A DNA stretch of 64,000 bases from Nemertoderma westbladi (Eukaryota > Animalia > Xenacoelomorpha): contig JAUCBJ010008100.1 of NCBI GenBank assembly GCA_032718475.1, forward strand, positions 48,612 to 112,611, given 5' to 3'. Positions 38,380 through 52,999 of the stretch are shown piece by piece (positions within the stretch are counted from its first letter, which is position 1; every line of letters begins with the position of its first letter). The position numbers and the translations under genes were made by a program. The notes beneath the pieces were generated by a model that did not search any database, was not told the DNA's origin, and saw only the letters and a program-made list of their open reading frames with translations.

Positions 38380-39200
38380 ATGATTGAGTTGATAGAAGAT
38401 GATCTTGGTATCAGGGAAAGATATACTCTACCTTTACAAGCGTTTGTTGATAGCTTGATACGCGGCGACGCTGGTCCAGCTACTACGGAGGACGATGGTC
38501 GTTGTGTCTAACCGCCGGTGTCCCGGGAGCAACTTGCGCGTGGGTTAGACTGTAGAGAGTTCACCGCTCGCTATACGCATCGTGATGGTACGTGTATGGA
38601 CTTCTTAACTACTGGTCATCCTGTCGACCTGCACGATGCGGGCGATGTGGACACCAAAGGGAAATGGTTTATTTAAATATCATACCCAGCGGAAGCGGAA
38701 CGATAAACTGAGACTCGAACACGAAAATTCTATTCGAAACCGACTCGAAAGTGCAGATGTCGAAGAGCCGGATAAATGCAGCGACTCCACCAAATACCTG
38801 GAATTCTTGAGAGAAACCTATCTCGATATTACCAGTCAACAGAATCTAGAAACTCGATATCCTCAAGGTATACATCATGACCGCATGGTAGAACTCAAAT
38901 GGCTCTATTCCACTATGATGTATCTTACCGCCGATCGATCGCTACCTGTTGTACCGGATAGCTTCGAACGGATGGAGGAATATTGTAAGCTGGAGAAAGA
39001 TCACTCGCGTTTCCCCTACAAGACGTGCGTTTTTGGTATTATTGCGATGAATGCCCAAATGCCCAAGACCCAACCAACAAACGGAAAGACATAAACATCC
39101 GCGGAGACGTTGCTTTAAACACGGTTTTACTCGCTATACTTACGGGAGTTTCGAGCGAAACTTGTTCGATGTATCACCTACGCTCGTTCGACTCAGACGA
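38380..39200 (+). pseudogene. Accessory 3' ORF region of copy B (disrupted; continues at 55059)
   Basis: Homologous to the 52304-52999 ORF, with an internal TAA and a frameshift; cut by copy C at 39200. Confidence 0.55.
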
Positions 39201-40356
39201 TGTAAAAGCTTTTGCGTCATTAACCGGTTATTTTCCCTTAAAGTACTCTGTAGTTGGTTTACCAGGCATAAAAAGGCCGTGTCCTTGCTGTACTGGTGTT
39301 TTAGAGGACATAAAAGTCATTTCTTCTGTATTCGTACTTTAGAGGACATAATCCGCAATCTCGTGACGCGATAAGCTAGATACTCTTGAAAACAGTGTCG
39401 CTACCATGACGACGGCTAGCAGCTGATATTGCCACGTCGACATTTCTTTGTTTCTTTGTTCTCTCGTTGTTCGGTTGACCAATCAGAGCGTTTTTTGTCT
39501 CTGTGTTGGAGGTGTATACAGAACTCAGTAGTTCAGTGTTATGTTTTTGCCCAGAGCCTAAGAACATCGGCTTTTGGCACCTCCGTATATCAGCATTCTT
39601 TAGCTTTACATTAGTAGGCTTAATTATAGAACGTATATCTGTTATCTAACCAAACCAATCTTATCATACATATCTATGCAATTCATATCTTACATTACTG
39701 CTTTTGCTGTCGGTTATTCATTATATTTGCTGATGAAATATTATATCGGAATACTGATCAATAGTCAGACACCCCACCTTCTTGATATACTAAAGGTTAG
39801 AGAGACCAGTTACAGATAAACGATTGCGACCTATGTTGAGTGGTTTGAAGTGAATCTAATGCTATTTCATATGCCCGACATAAATTGTCTGTTGCTCCCT
39901 TTATACGTGACTAAATTTAGTGAAGATCGGCAGATTAGTGTGCAGTATTGTGCAGCATTGTGTATGATTGAAACTGATAACAAAGCATCTCCTAAAGAAT
40001 GCACCATATACGTCAATCTATAGCCTTTTCGTTGTGTCTAGTTTAAGTCATAACTCTGTTTACATATTTAGAGCGCCACGTCCTAAAGGAACTGTTAATA
40101 TTTCCCGAAAGTGAATAATATTTGTCAGAGATTATATATTACGATCAGTCGAATAATACAGTAGGCTTACACCATCAATCATTAAGCTCCGAACTCAGTC
40201 TCCCGGGTATATCCAACGGGTGAATGATTGCGCATAGACTGGCTTCGGCTAATGTAGTGTATCAAATACTCGTCATAAAGCTAAAGAATATATATCATCT
40301 AAAAGACATCCTAATTTGGCAGGTTAAACTGTCAAAGGTCTTCAAAAGCGCAAACA
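39201..40356 (+). repeat. 5' LTR of BEL copy C
   Basis: TG...CA; pairs with 53892-55053. Confidence 0.95.
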
Positions 40357-42546
40357 ATAAAAGATATTGCTTCTGGATTGCGGTGTAAGCAATCTAATCG
40401 AAAGTACCGGTCGACCGGTAACCAGTAGGCCTGACTGCCTGATCATCCGGACCGGTACTTACTTACAGTACAGGTACAGCAGTATTATTCGATTGTGGTA
40501 TTGTATACCGGTAGGCTGTTTAAGAGATTAGGGACTGTACACCCCTTGTTTCTTTTGGAGCTTACTTGTTTCTGTCAGTTTTATTTATTTGTAGGCCAGT
40601 ATTGAGCAGAAGGCGTGTAAGCCCGCTCAGATTGTACAGATAATTTGTAGGCTTGACTGTTGGCTAACTGTTGATTAGGTCTGAACGGATTGCAGTGCAT
40701 GTAGAGTGTATGTCCGATAAAGAACGGTTAGGAAGTAGGGGCAGCCATAGCTGTAAGGTAAACCCCCCATCTAAAGAATAAGTCGTACTACTGGGTTAGA
40801 ACGCATACTACTTAACCATTTCAGAGTCTGCATGTCCTGTGGTTTATTTAGGCTTGATAGGAGTCCGCCAGCGTTTGGTCTGTACTTTGTTTGTGTAGTC
40901 TGTACGGGTAGCGTATAATTTTATTTAGATAATTTGTAGGCTGGATAGTTGTCTGGCTGCTGTTGGGTTTGAGGAAATTTCGGTGTGTGTAAAGCATCTG
41001 TCCGATAAAGAACGGTTAGAAAGTAGGGGCAGCCATAGCTGTAAGGTAAATCCCCATCTAAAGAATAAGTCGTACTACTGGGTTAGAACGCATACTACTT
41101 AACCATTTCGGAGTCTGCATATACCGTAGTTTGTTTAGGCTTGATAGTAGTCTGTCAGTATTTGGTCGGCATTTTGTTTGAATAGTCTGTACGCGTAGCG
41201 TAATATTTATTATTCAGAGTTTATGCGATTATTCGCAACATTCATATCCCCAAGTTTATTCCTACAGTAATTGTGTTTGTTATACATACCGTTATAGTTA
41301 AACTAACCCCGGTACTACATCAGGGCTGCTCGGCGTAGGTAAAGACTGGAGATTTTGTGCTTTGGTCACTCCGGCAGATACCGTGGTTCTTTTAGCTGTT
41401 CAAGTATTTTTAACTACTAATTATTTGTCGTACAAGTACTTGTACCTAATTTAGGGTTTAGTGTACAGTGCTTTCCGAAAGCAATTAGTGTGTAGGCAGT
41501 GTATTTGTGTTGTAAAGTGGTTAATAGGCACGTTGGTTCTGGTAGACCGCGGTAATTAACTTCTAGGTAGGGACACTCCGTGATACATAACGTAGTACCT
41601 ATAGCGATACGGTTATAGGTCGTCAGGCGGTGGTATTTTCCTATCTGGACAATGCAGTATATTTACTACTACTTATTATTTTCAAATACCGTAGTAACCT
41701 GTCCGTTGTAATAACCAGATATTCTAACCCTTTGTTAGGCTGGTTAGTAGACTTCTTGTAAAATTACCCTAAAAATTTGTATTTGTGTATTTGTAATTAA
41801 ATTTTTGTGTTTATTTAGAGATTGTAATCTCAACCCGAATTGTACGTAATTTGTAGTATTAAGTAACTTAGGTAAATTAGAATTATTTGTTTTAGTGTCC
41901 AACAAGTAGCACTCCACTGAGAGCGCACAGCTTATGTGTAGTGACTCCCCCAGAAATAATAACATTTATTTCAAACATTGACAAAACCCATTAAACGGGT
42001 ATATATATATTATAAATCAACTCAAACGATTTATAAATAGTAGGCCTGCCATACAACAATTAGGTCTCAATATCAGTTGGACTACTGCTTAAATAACGGT
42101 AATAAAGTAAGTTAAAGTAACCAAGTAACCCTTAAAATTCAGAAATTCAATTATTTAAAATAATTGATATACCGGTATTTACAATAGGCTTATTATCTTT
42201 ATTTTCATAAACTTAAGCTGAAATCATATCGGTATTCTGTAATTAATTCTAGTTAATAATTATACTTATATATACTATAAGTGTAAACTGCATACCGGTA
42301 TCCACGATAGGCCTATTATATATTTATATATATTTGTGCTAAAATTATATACCGGTTTCTGTGAAAAACCTAGTCTGTAATAATACTTATATATACCATA
42401 AGCATACCGGTATTCTAATATTATATATATCACGCTACACTGAGTAGCAGTATCGGTAATTAATTACTAGTCTAGCAGTTAAGGCTGAATTACTAGACTT
42501 GCTTAGACTGTAATATAGCAGTAGGCATTCAACTGTGCAAACAAAC

Positions 42547-45500
42547 ATGTCTGATACTAAGCAGAACCTGTCAGACAGTTTATTAGATGTAACTATCTGC
42601 GACTCAGATAGAGGTGTAGAACCGTCTAGTCCTAAGTTCAGTTCACCTCCCACTGTGAGGAAGGTCATCCCTCCAGTAGTAATAGCAGAACCTAGGCTAG
42701 TCCAACATCGTAGGTCTATCATAGGCACTCGAGCCCAGGTCAAGCGGGACCAAGAAGCAGCGGAACAGCAACAACCCGCGAGCCAAGAACTTATTTCTCA
42801 GCGGCCCGACAGCTCCAGTAGTGAAGATACTGTAGAACTGACACCCGAGCGCGGAGCAAAGATGACGGATGCGGTTTATTCGGATCCCCTTCTCATCCTT
42901 CCTGCAGCCGTACTCACTAGGTTATTGATCGCGGTGGAAGAACACCAGATCGATTGGGCGAGAAGTAAGCGATCAACTAAAGATAGATATGAGGGATAAA
43001 CAAGGGAAGAACTGAAGTCTATGGTAGAGTCGCAATGGAACTTCCCCGGACCCGGACTCCCGTTTGATTTATCAGAAGCTGCCTGGGAAGACATACACCG
43101 GATGGGAGTAGCCAAGGAAACCATCGATCCAGCTGTGTGGAAGAGGTCCGCAGCCGGATACGCACAGGGATTCTTCAGCTCTATGGAGCGAGTAGAAAAA
43201 CAACTGTTTCAACAACCCCAAGGACCTCAAGAGCAGGGACAACTGCTTTATCAAGTTAGAGAAAGAATTCTACGAATCAGGCTAATCTTATCGGCCTTTG
43301 AGGAGGCTTCTAAAAGAAGACAAGACACGTCGTTGCAAGTTGCCGTGAAGACTTGGTTTCAACGGGTGAGTCGCCAGGTTCAAGGAACAGCTCAGTGGAA
43401 AGCTCAGCTGGAGGAGCGCTCAACCCATGGAGAATCAACAGACGCTACTTTTTCCCAAGTGGAAAGTGAAGCGACGGCAGAGAAACCGCATAAGAGGGAT
43501 GCCATTGACATCTATCTGTCAGACTATCAACGTTTTTTGGGAGATGAAGAGTTGAGGAGAAGGCTAGATGGACTTAGCCCTAATAGTGAAGGAGCACAGC
43601 GTGTGCTTGACGCCATCGACGTGGATAGGTTAGCGGCGAACCAAGCTAAATTCGATGAACGACTCCGCATCGCTAGAGACCAAGAAGAAAGAGTAAAGAA
43701 AAAACGTATAGAAGATAGAAAGACAGCAGCAGCGGCAGTGGCAGCGGCAGAAGCAGAAAGAAAAGCGGCAGAAGTGGATAGAAAAGCGGCAGAGGCAGCG
43801 GCAGAGGCAAAAGCGGCAGCAGCAGAGGCAAAAGCGGCAGCTGCAGCGGCCGAATCGGAAAGAAAAGCGGCAGCAGCAGAAGCGGAAAGAAAGGCGGCCG
43901 AAGCGGAAAGAAAAATAGCAGCGGCAGAAGCAGAACGGATAGCGGCTGAAGAGATCGCCCAATTAGAATTGGAAAATATTCAGGAGAATCAAGACTGCAT
44001 AAATAAACAGTTAACAGCTAGTAATATGCAGATGATGAATCGATCTACTCCCAAAAGACAGGGATATACATCATCTGAGGAAGGCGATACCACCGATACT
44101 GAAGGCAAAGGAAATAGATCTCACCTAAGCAGACGTAAAAGAATGTCCCACCGTCAGAAATTGCCTGATTTGCCCCCAGCTGTTAGAAGGCAACTAAATA
44201 ACACCAACTTAGGTAGTACAGAACCCACAGACCAAATAATTACAATAGAGAGACTCCCTACTATAGTAGATGAGCCTGAAATAATTAGGCCTGTTCCCGA
44301 AGCCACCCTTTCGGTCGTAGAGACACCTGTACTCCCTGAACCTACCTCTCAATTCCCTTTGCACAGCACTAAGCTACCTGTGCCCAGCAGAACAGCCCAT
44401 GAAACAGTTCATGCCCTGGACTCCGAGCGAAATATTCAAGATTTGTCGCCCGTTGTCCCTCGTCCGCCCGCTACAACGTTGGCGAATCCCGCTTCGGCGG
44501 TTGAATGGGTGGATGAGAGACGACGGGGGATGGATCTCCTGCTCGGACAGATGCAGGAGACCGTTCAGCAATTCAAGGGCACAGTAAGGGAAAGTAGGCT
44601 AGAGTTGCAAGAAGTGCAGCAAAGTATCGCGCTAGAACGCGATAAATTAGTAAATACACAAAAGGGTATACCACCACCCCCTGTAACAATGTGTCAATGT
44701 CAACCTGTTAGGTCTGAAGTATCTCATGCGCAAGGTGTGGAGCCTACACGCATCTATACTGCTAGCGAAGTAGAAACTCCTATAGTGAACCCTATTAAGG
44801 GTAATTATAGACCTGTTGATAATGATATTCCCTATAGACCGGATCATAATCCGTGAAATTTATATACCGATAACTCGATATTAAATAACACGATGGCCCA
44901 AGAAAGTTTTACGCGTCAAATGGCTAGAACCGAAGCCCGGCAAGTGGTAAAGGTGGGAGAGATCGTCAAGTTCAATGGAGATGAGATGAAATGGTTACCT
45001 TTTAATGAATATTACAAAGATAACATACAGAACTCTGTGCTATCTAATAGAGAGAAACTTAGATTCCTCATCGAGTGCTTGGAAGGATCTCCCAAGTTAA
45101 TGGCGTTAAAGTTTATTGGACATCCAGACGGATTAAGACAAGTTTGGGATACACTAAACATCAGGTATGGTAATAGGAATAACATAGCTGGGTATTTGTA
45201 TGCAAAGTTAGTAGCGCCCCGAAAGTTTATTAGCAGCGGGATTATAGAGTTTTCCGATGAGATTCAGGAGATCTGCAGACAATTAGATTGGCTAGGTAAG
45301 TCTCATGAGTATCAGAGTGCTATGGTTATTAGAGCAGTGGCTTCTACTTTACCGAAGGGTGGAGTAGGTACACGCTGGGATAAGAAAGTGTTATATATGA
45401 TGGAACAACAACGACGAGACCCTACCATGGCTGATCTCATGTCATTCCTAGATGGAGAAGTGAAATTACAGCTCCTGAAACTGTCCAGAGAGAAGACACC

Positions 45501-48500
45501 GGAAAACAAGGTAAGTGAAAAACCCGTCTCTAGGAGAAAGGTAACACCAGTGTGTTATACAGACGATGGCGAAAGCCAGACTTCTCAAGGAGAGGATAGC
45601 GGGAAAGACACTGACAGATCTTATTACGTAAATAAAATGCCTAAAGATCAGGTAAGTAAATTCAAGTCTCGAACAAATGACAGGAGAGAACAGGTAAGAA
45701 AAACTCCTCCTACGTCTCCCAAGATAATTCAGGTGAGAAAGCCCGAAGAAAAGACAAGTGTACACAATGTTACTCAGAATAAGGTAAGTAACATCAAACC
45801 GAAATGTGCGCTATGTGATGGGACCCATCGCTTGAATATGTGTGATGAATTTCTAAAGAAATCATTAACTGAGAGACGTGAAGTCATGTGGGATAAGCGG
45901 TTGTGTTATAATTGCCTCAGACATGGACACCAACGGCGAACCTGTTACTCTGACACAAGATGTGCCAAGTGCGGTGCGAAACATCATATCTTGTTGCACA
46001 CGGAATTCGAGCGAAATAGTCCGAGTCAGGTAAGTGATTCCGAACTACATGTCCAATTCAGTGATGTGAACGACACTGATCAATCTGAGATGGAAGGATT
46101 CTATACAGACGAGTTCTCCGACGAAAACGAATCCTGTTACACAATAAATACCACAGTGTATCGAGCACTCACGTATGAAAAGGATACGGACAGCGACCTT
46201 ACCCTAACTACTTCTGATCAACAACCATTTTGGAAAGCGCCAACTTCCAATGTAGGGGTTAGAGAATTTCCTGTGGTACAGGTAAGGGTCCACGGACCAA
46301 AAAGGAGTTATGTAGTGAACGCCCTCCTTGACTCCGGTAGTACAGGAACATTCATCGACAAAGAGCTAGCCGAAGACATATTCGATGGACAACCCAAGTT
46401 CCGAACTAAGCTAAACATGTCAGGAATTATGCAAGTTTGGAAATCCACAGTAACAGCGGATTATTATGTAGGTGCGTTGTCCACCCCCCAGGACGAACTA
46501 GGAGAACATAGCATAAGGTCAGTGAAAATGGTGGCTATAAAGAACTTCGCTACTACTCAAGCAGACCTTTATAATTGGGACGAGGATGAGAGCATCCAAC
46601 ATCTTAAGATACCTCGATTCCAGACTGATTATCCTGGAGTGCAAATACTCATCGGCCAAAACGCACATGAGGCGCTCGAAACCTTGGAGAAACGACCTGC
46701 TCAACCGCAACCTCTACAAGTTTATGCGGGAAGAACTATTACCTAAAGATCAGGTATATCAAGCGCGAGAATGGGAAGTTGAGAACAGTGAGTTCGACGA
46801 TCCAACTGAGGGAACTCCATACTCCTCAGACAACGACGATATACATCAACTTTTTGATGAGGAGAATGCCATCGATCTCCTTAAAGAAAGCGAGACTTGG
46901 CAAAATCAAGTGAACTTATGTCAACTCCTTCTCCCATCTGAGCGAGACGACTATAACGACGAGCTTAATGACGTCATTGAACGTTATAATGCCAAGACTC
47001 GGGATGAACACGCCGTGAGATTCTTTACTCAAGAGGTCGTAGAGCCCAACTCCTACGATAAGGCCCTATCGGTGGAGGAAGAAAGAGCCAAGCAGATCCA
47101 AGCGACAACTACTCGTTTTCTTAAAGATCAAGGTAGATATGAGATCGGTCTTCCTTTCCGAAAGCGAGAACCAAAGTTCATTAACAACAGACCTTTGGCA
47201 GAGAAAAGAATTGCTCAACTACATCGACGCCTTACGGCAAATTCTTCAGCTAAAGAAATGTATAAAACACAGTTGAAGAAGTTTATTAGCAAGGGATATG
47301 CGGAGCTAGTACCGGAAGAAACACCCATAACTGAGAGAACGTATTATTTAACTCACCATTACGTTCCCAAACCCGGTAAACCCCATGAAGTACGAGTGGT
47401 GTTTGACGGTTCCGCCCTTTATATGGGCCAATCTCTTAATTCTGAATTGTTACCCGGACCCAACTTACTCCAATCCTTGTTGGGAATACTATTAAGATTA
47501 AGACAATACTCCATTGCTTTCGCCTCAGATATAGAAGGCATGTTCTTACAAGTCAAAGCGCTGGATAGGGATCGAGATAGTCTATGATTTTTGTGGTGGC
47601 CTGAAGGGGACCTCAATAAGAAACTGGTGGAGTACTGGATGACCATCCAAGCCTTTGGGATAATCTCAAGCCCTTCAAACGCCTGTTCCGTGGTGCGCAC
47701 CACTGCGGATGACAACCGAGACGCCTTCTCTAAAGAAGTGATCGACAATATCAAACGAGACATCTACATGGACGATAATCTGAAGTCCCTTCCATCCGTA
47801 GAAGAAGCCATTGAGGTCGCTAAAGGAACGGTAGAGTGCTTAAAAAGAGGTGGATTTCGATTAACTAAATTCACCAGCAACTCCCGTGAGTTTCTGGAGT
47901 CGATCCCGGTAGAAGATCGAGGAGCAAAGGACCTGGATCTAATAAAGGATGATCTCCCAGAAACTAAGACCCTTGGTTTGAAATGGGACACAGAAAGAGA
48001 TATCCTGTTTTTCCAACTAAAACAGCGAGATAATCCAGTTCGGACTAAACGGATTTGTTTAAGTATCCTGAGCACTTATTTCGATCCATTGGGATTTATT
48101 AGCCCAGTTATATTGATTGCTCGGAGTTTAGTACAACAAATGTGGCTTGAAAACCACTCATGGGATGATCCACTTAAGGGAGAATTATTAAAGAAGTGGA
48201 TGAAATGGGAAGATTCTCTACCAGCCATCGAAAACTTTATAATTTCCCGTTCATATTTTGGTCATGTTCTCCCTACGTATTCATATCAACTCCATGTGTT
48301 TGGAGACGCCAGCGATATGGGAATTGGTATAGTAGCCTACCTAAGGGTGGAAACTCCGGACGGAATTAAAGTCGCCTTGGTTACCTCTAAGGCATTAATA
48401 AACAACAAGTTGAAAGTTCCTCGAGCGGAGTTAAAAGCGGCTCTATACGCTACAGCCATCGGCCGGAATGTAACAGAACAGATCGACTATCCCCTGGAGA

Positions 48501-50650
48501 AAACTGTCTATTGGACCGACGCTTTACTCGTGTTGGAGTATATAACCAATGAAGTCTGTCAGTTCAGCGTCTTCGTTACCAACAGAGTAGCTATTATACT
48601 CAGTCGCACGACGATGGATCAATGGAGACATTGCCCCGGAACGATTAATCCAGCGGACATCGCTTCCAGGGGAGCAACTCCACAAGAACTGGTAGATACT
48701 CCAGACTGGTTAGGTGGACCCGACTTCCTCTACAAAGAAGAAGAAGAATGGCCTCCTCATCTTACTACAGCAGAAATTAGACAGGCCAAGGGAGCGGAGA
48801 AAGTCAAACCTAAAACTCAGGCTAGTAAATCGAAGTCATTCAAACCCACAGTGGATCTGTCTGTACTACATACTTCCGGAGACGACGCTTTGGATCAGAA
48901 ACCCACAGCCACAAATAAACCCATTGTGGAAATCCGTGATAAGGATTGGAAATCTGGCATACCTGACATCTCGCAAGGACTCTCACCTCTTCTGCAGAGA
49001 GCGATACATCACTACAGTTCTTGGAATCGGCTTTGTAAGGCCGTTACATATTTAAAGAGATGTTTTCACCATCACTACTCTGGGATGAAAACAAAGGGTG
49101 ATACCGCTCCAATCACATCAGTGCAGGTCCATGTTATTAAAGACATTCCCAAATATAAGGTACCCGACAAGTTTCTGAAGGAGAAGATCAGTTATCAGGA
49201 GCATGAAGAAACCAACAAACAGATACTGAGACTCTTACAATGCTATGAAGATTCCGATAAGTATTTCCTGTTGTTGAGAAATCCACAGATGCGCTTAAGG
49301 GATCATTTCTCTAGCACAATGATAGATGGGTTGATACGTGTTGGAGGAAGGTTAACGAATGCCCCATTATCCTTTGATACTAAGTTCCCCATACTCATTA
49401 GAAATCTTGAAATACAAGTCAAGATGATTGTAGATGTTCACAGCAAACTTTATCATGCTGGTAGAGAACGAGTTCTTAGCGAAATTCGAACTCGCTATTA
49501 TTTTTATAAACCCCGTAGAGCTCTGAACCAAGTTCTTAGGAACTGTATACCCTGTAGGAAAGCATTCAGTAGGCCTTTAACACAGAGAGAGGCAGAATTA
49601 CCTAGGGAACGATTAAGCTTTTATGAACCACCCTTTACTAATACCGGTGTGGATTTATTTGGCCCTATTGAAGTATATCGTGCTAGGACTATAGTCAAGA
49701 GATGGTGTGTAATCTTTGTTTGTATAACTTGTAGAGCCATCCACCTCGATATGGTGAACGATTTATCTACCAACAGCTTTCTATTAAGCTTACGACGACA
49801 GATCGCTCGCTTTGGCACTAGTAACACGATGAGATCTGATAAGGGAACAAACTTCATTGGTGCCAACAATGAAATTAAAGCTTACGTCAAAGATTGGAAC
49901 CAAAGACAGGTGGACGACCAACTACGAGTAACAGCGTCTAGTTGGACCTTCAACGCCGCCGACGCCCCTTGGTGGGGAGGAAGTTGGGAGAGATTAATAA
50001 GAAGCGTGAAGACAGCATTTCATTTTATAGTGCCTTGCCGCGCTTATCTCACCGACGAACTTTTGCGGACGTTAATGGAAGAAATCGCCGCCTATCTCAA
50101 CGAGAGACCGCTTATGCCAGTCTCATCGAGTCCCGATTCCCTGGAAGCGCTAACACCCGCGCACTTCCTACTGAAGAAACCTGTAGCCATGCTCCCACAA
50201 TCGGAAATCACAGACGGAGACGAATACTGCCGACAAACTTGGCAACTCATGCAGTTGTTATCCCGTCGTTTCGCTGACCATTTCGAAAAACATTATCTGC
50301 CCACGCTACAACTTCGAACTAAGTGGTTTGCGCAGCAAGAAAACGTTAGCGCTGGAGACATGGTTCTTATTGTGGATGTAGATCTTCCACGTAAGAGGTG
50401 GCAGACAGGTCGTATCATTGAGACTCACATCTCGGATGACGGTTTGGTGCGATCGGTAGAACTCGTCGTCATGCGACGTAACTTCAAGAAACCGGGAATT
50501 GTCTTCGAGACGCAGCAGCTCAATCGCCCGGTGGGACGTTTATGTTTACTGGAAAGAGACAGAGAACTCTCTGGAAACTATGGGAGACAAGATACTCTTC
50601 CCACGACCACCTCCCTAATCCAACAAACATCTAGGGACTCCCCAACTTAA
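42547..50650 (+). pseudogene. BEL/Pao gag-pol (Gag-PR-RT-RH-IN) with four disablements
   Basis: RT VRVVFDG, SDIEGMFLQV, YMDD; RNase H HVFGDAS, YWTD, NPADIASRG; integrase HHCC, DLFGP, SDKGTNF, GGSWERLI. Stops at 42997, 44854 and 47585 and a 50-nt deletion near 46738 relative to copy B. Confidence 0.95.
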
Positions 50651-52303
50651 CAACGGCTGGAGTGGGTGTGTGACCATATTATTTTATATTTGTATTTGTT
50701 TTATTTTTATATTTATGTATGTATTATTATGTAATTTTATTTTAATCGTTTTATTTAATTTTATTTAGTAGTATGGTATTTTAGAGATTATTTAGTAGAT
50801 TAGTGCAATATATATTCGCGTTTATTATTTAATTACGTATATTATATATTTAGTGCGACGGCGAGAAATAATTATTTTTCTCTTTCCTTACTGCCCGTAT
50901 TACATTATCAATACGTGACTACAGTAAGATGAAATATCCGTACTTATTAAAGTACAATAAAGCCACTACTATATTCAAGTATTATTGGTAGGCAGAGTAT
51001 TAGGAATGCAAAGTTCAGATCCTCGTGTCTCGGCTAAACCAAGCTCTGGGTAGACCTTGGAAACGACTTGCCTCTTCACACTGACATTGCTTCGTGCGAT
51101 ATTGCTCTCATACCGTATATTAAATAATACATATAGTAGCGTGATGTCCCTTTAACAGTAGCGTATAACGCAAAATAAATCTGTTAAACCCTTTGACCAT
51201 CTGTAATTCTAGTCGATTAAGATATCGCGGCACCCACCGATATACTTGAAAGACAAATTTCTAGAATCAATGGTTAACGTCCCCAGACAAGTTCTGGAAT
51301 AAACTGGTGCCCATCCTAAATATTAATTATTAATATTTACAAAAATCTGTCAAATATCAGATCCTTTAAAATTCTAGTCGATTAAGATATCGTAGCACTT
51401 ACCGATACTCTTAAAAGGACAAAATTCCTAGAATCAAGGATCCCAGTCCCCAGACACGTTCTGGAATAAAATTGTGTCTATTTAACATTAAATAATAAAA
51501 TTTACGGGAATAAATTTAAATTCAGATATTTCAATGAATTTAATAAATTGTCATTTTATACAATTTATAACATTCCCAAAATTCCATTAATTAATAGATC
51601 ATGGGAGCGGAGATTCACTCTATTAAGTGTATTTGTGTGCGAGAATCTCCAATGTATAGTCAATAGCCGATAAAATTCATAGAATCATGTATAAAGGGGA
51701 TATTGACCATTAAAGAATTACTATTAAATAGCATCCCAGATCTGTATGCATGAGAATTACCCTAATTCTACCGCTAGCTTTCCATAATGTCACCATGGCA
51801 ACAACCACGCTAGAATTAGAAGTGAGTTAAAAGAACAATAGAAAGCATGCCCCATTGAATAGCATAGGGAATAAATAGCGCACTGCTAGTATCTAAAGAT
51901 ACATAATAACAACGTGACATTCTGGAAGGCACTTGACTAACGGACAAATGACCCGAATGTGTGATAGAATGTGTACAATTTGTGACAGTTACGTGGAATT
52001 TGTGCGTTTGTAGGTGAATGTTACTACTAAGGTGTGTTTACAGTAGCGAGTCGCAATTGTGAAAGTAACCCTAACTCTCCAGTAAGAACCTGAAGTATAT
52101 CTAAGCCTTTGGGACGGACGGTGGAGTGGCTCGTGCTGGTTGTTGTAGTCGTTGTGCAGCTACGACGTTGGCGATAGGCACATCGGCGAAAGTACACCAG
52201 CGCTGAGGATCTCGCACTGTCCGGGGGCAGAGAGGGGTAGGCAGCGACGCCCGCTCGCCTGAATATAAACTCATTATAATATGGATAAACTTATATAGCA
52301 AAT

Positions 52304-52999
52304 ATGATTGAGTTGATAGAAGATGATCTTGGTATCAGGGAGCGATATACTCTACCTTTACAAGCGTTTGTCGATATCTTGATACGCGGCAACGCTAGTC
52401 CAACTGCTGCGGAGGACGATGGTCGTTATATCGAACCGCCAATGTCCCAAGAGCAGCTCACGCGTGAGTTGGACTATAGAAAATTCACCGCTCGCTATAC
52501 GCATCGTAATGGTACGTATGTGGACTTCTTAACTACTGGTCATCCTATCGACCTACACGATACGGACGATATAGACACCGAAAGGGAAATGATTTTATTT
52601 AAATATCATACCCAGCGGAAGCGGAACGATAAATTGAGACTCGAACACGAAAATTCTATTCGAAACCGACTCGAAAGTGCAGATGTCGAAGAGCCGGATA
52701 AACGCAGCGACTCCACCAAATACCTGGAATTCTTGAGAGAAACCTATCTCGATATTACCGGTCAACAGAATCTAGAAACTCTATATCCTCAAGGTATACA
52801 TCATGACCGCATGGTAGAACTCAAACGGTTCTATTCCACTATGATGTATCTTACCGCCGATCGACCGCTACCTGTTGTACTGGATAGCTTCGAACGGATG
52901 GAAGAATATTGTAAGCTGGAGAAAGATCACTCGCGTTTCCCCTACAAGACGTGCGTTTTTGGTATGCCCAAGACCCAACCAACAAACGGAAAGACATAA
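52304..52999 (+). CDS. Accessory ORF X1 of unknown function in the 3' region of BEL copy C (231 aa)
   Basis: ATG-initiated, protein-like composition, homolog in copy B; no domain recognised. Confidence 0.45.
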   Translation: MIELIEDDLGIRERYTLPLQAFVDILIRGNASPTAAEDDGRYIEPPMSQEQLTRELDYRKFTARYTHRNGTYVDFLTTGHPIDLHDTDDIDTEREMILFKYHTQRKRNDKLRLEHENSIRNRLESADVEEPDKRSDSTKYLEFLRETYLDITGQQNLETLYPQGIHHDRMVELKRFYSTMMYLTADRPLPVVLDSFERMEEYCKLEKDHSRFPYKTCVFGMPKTQPTNGKT

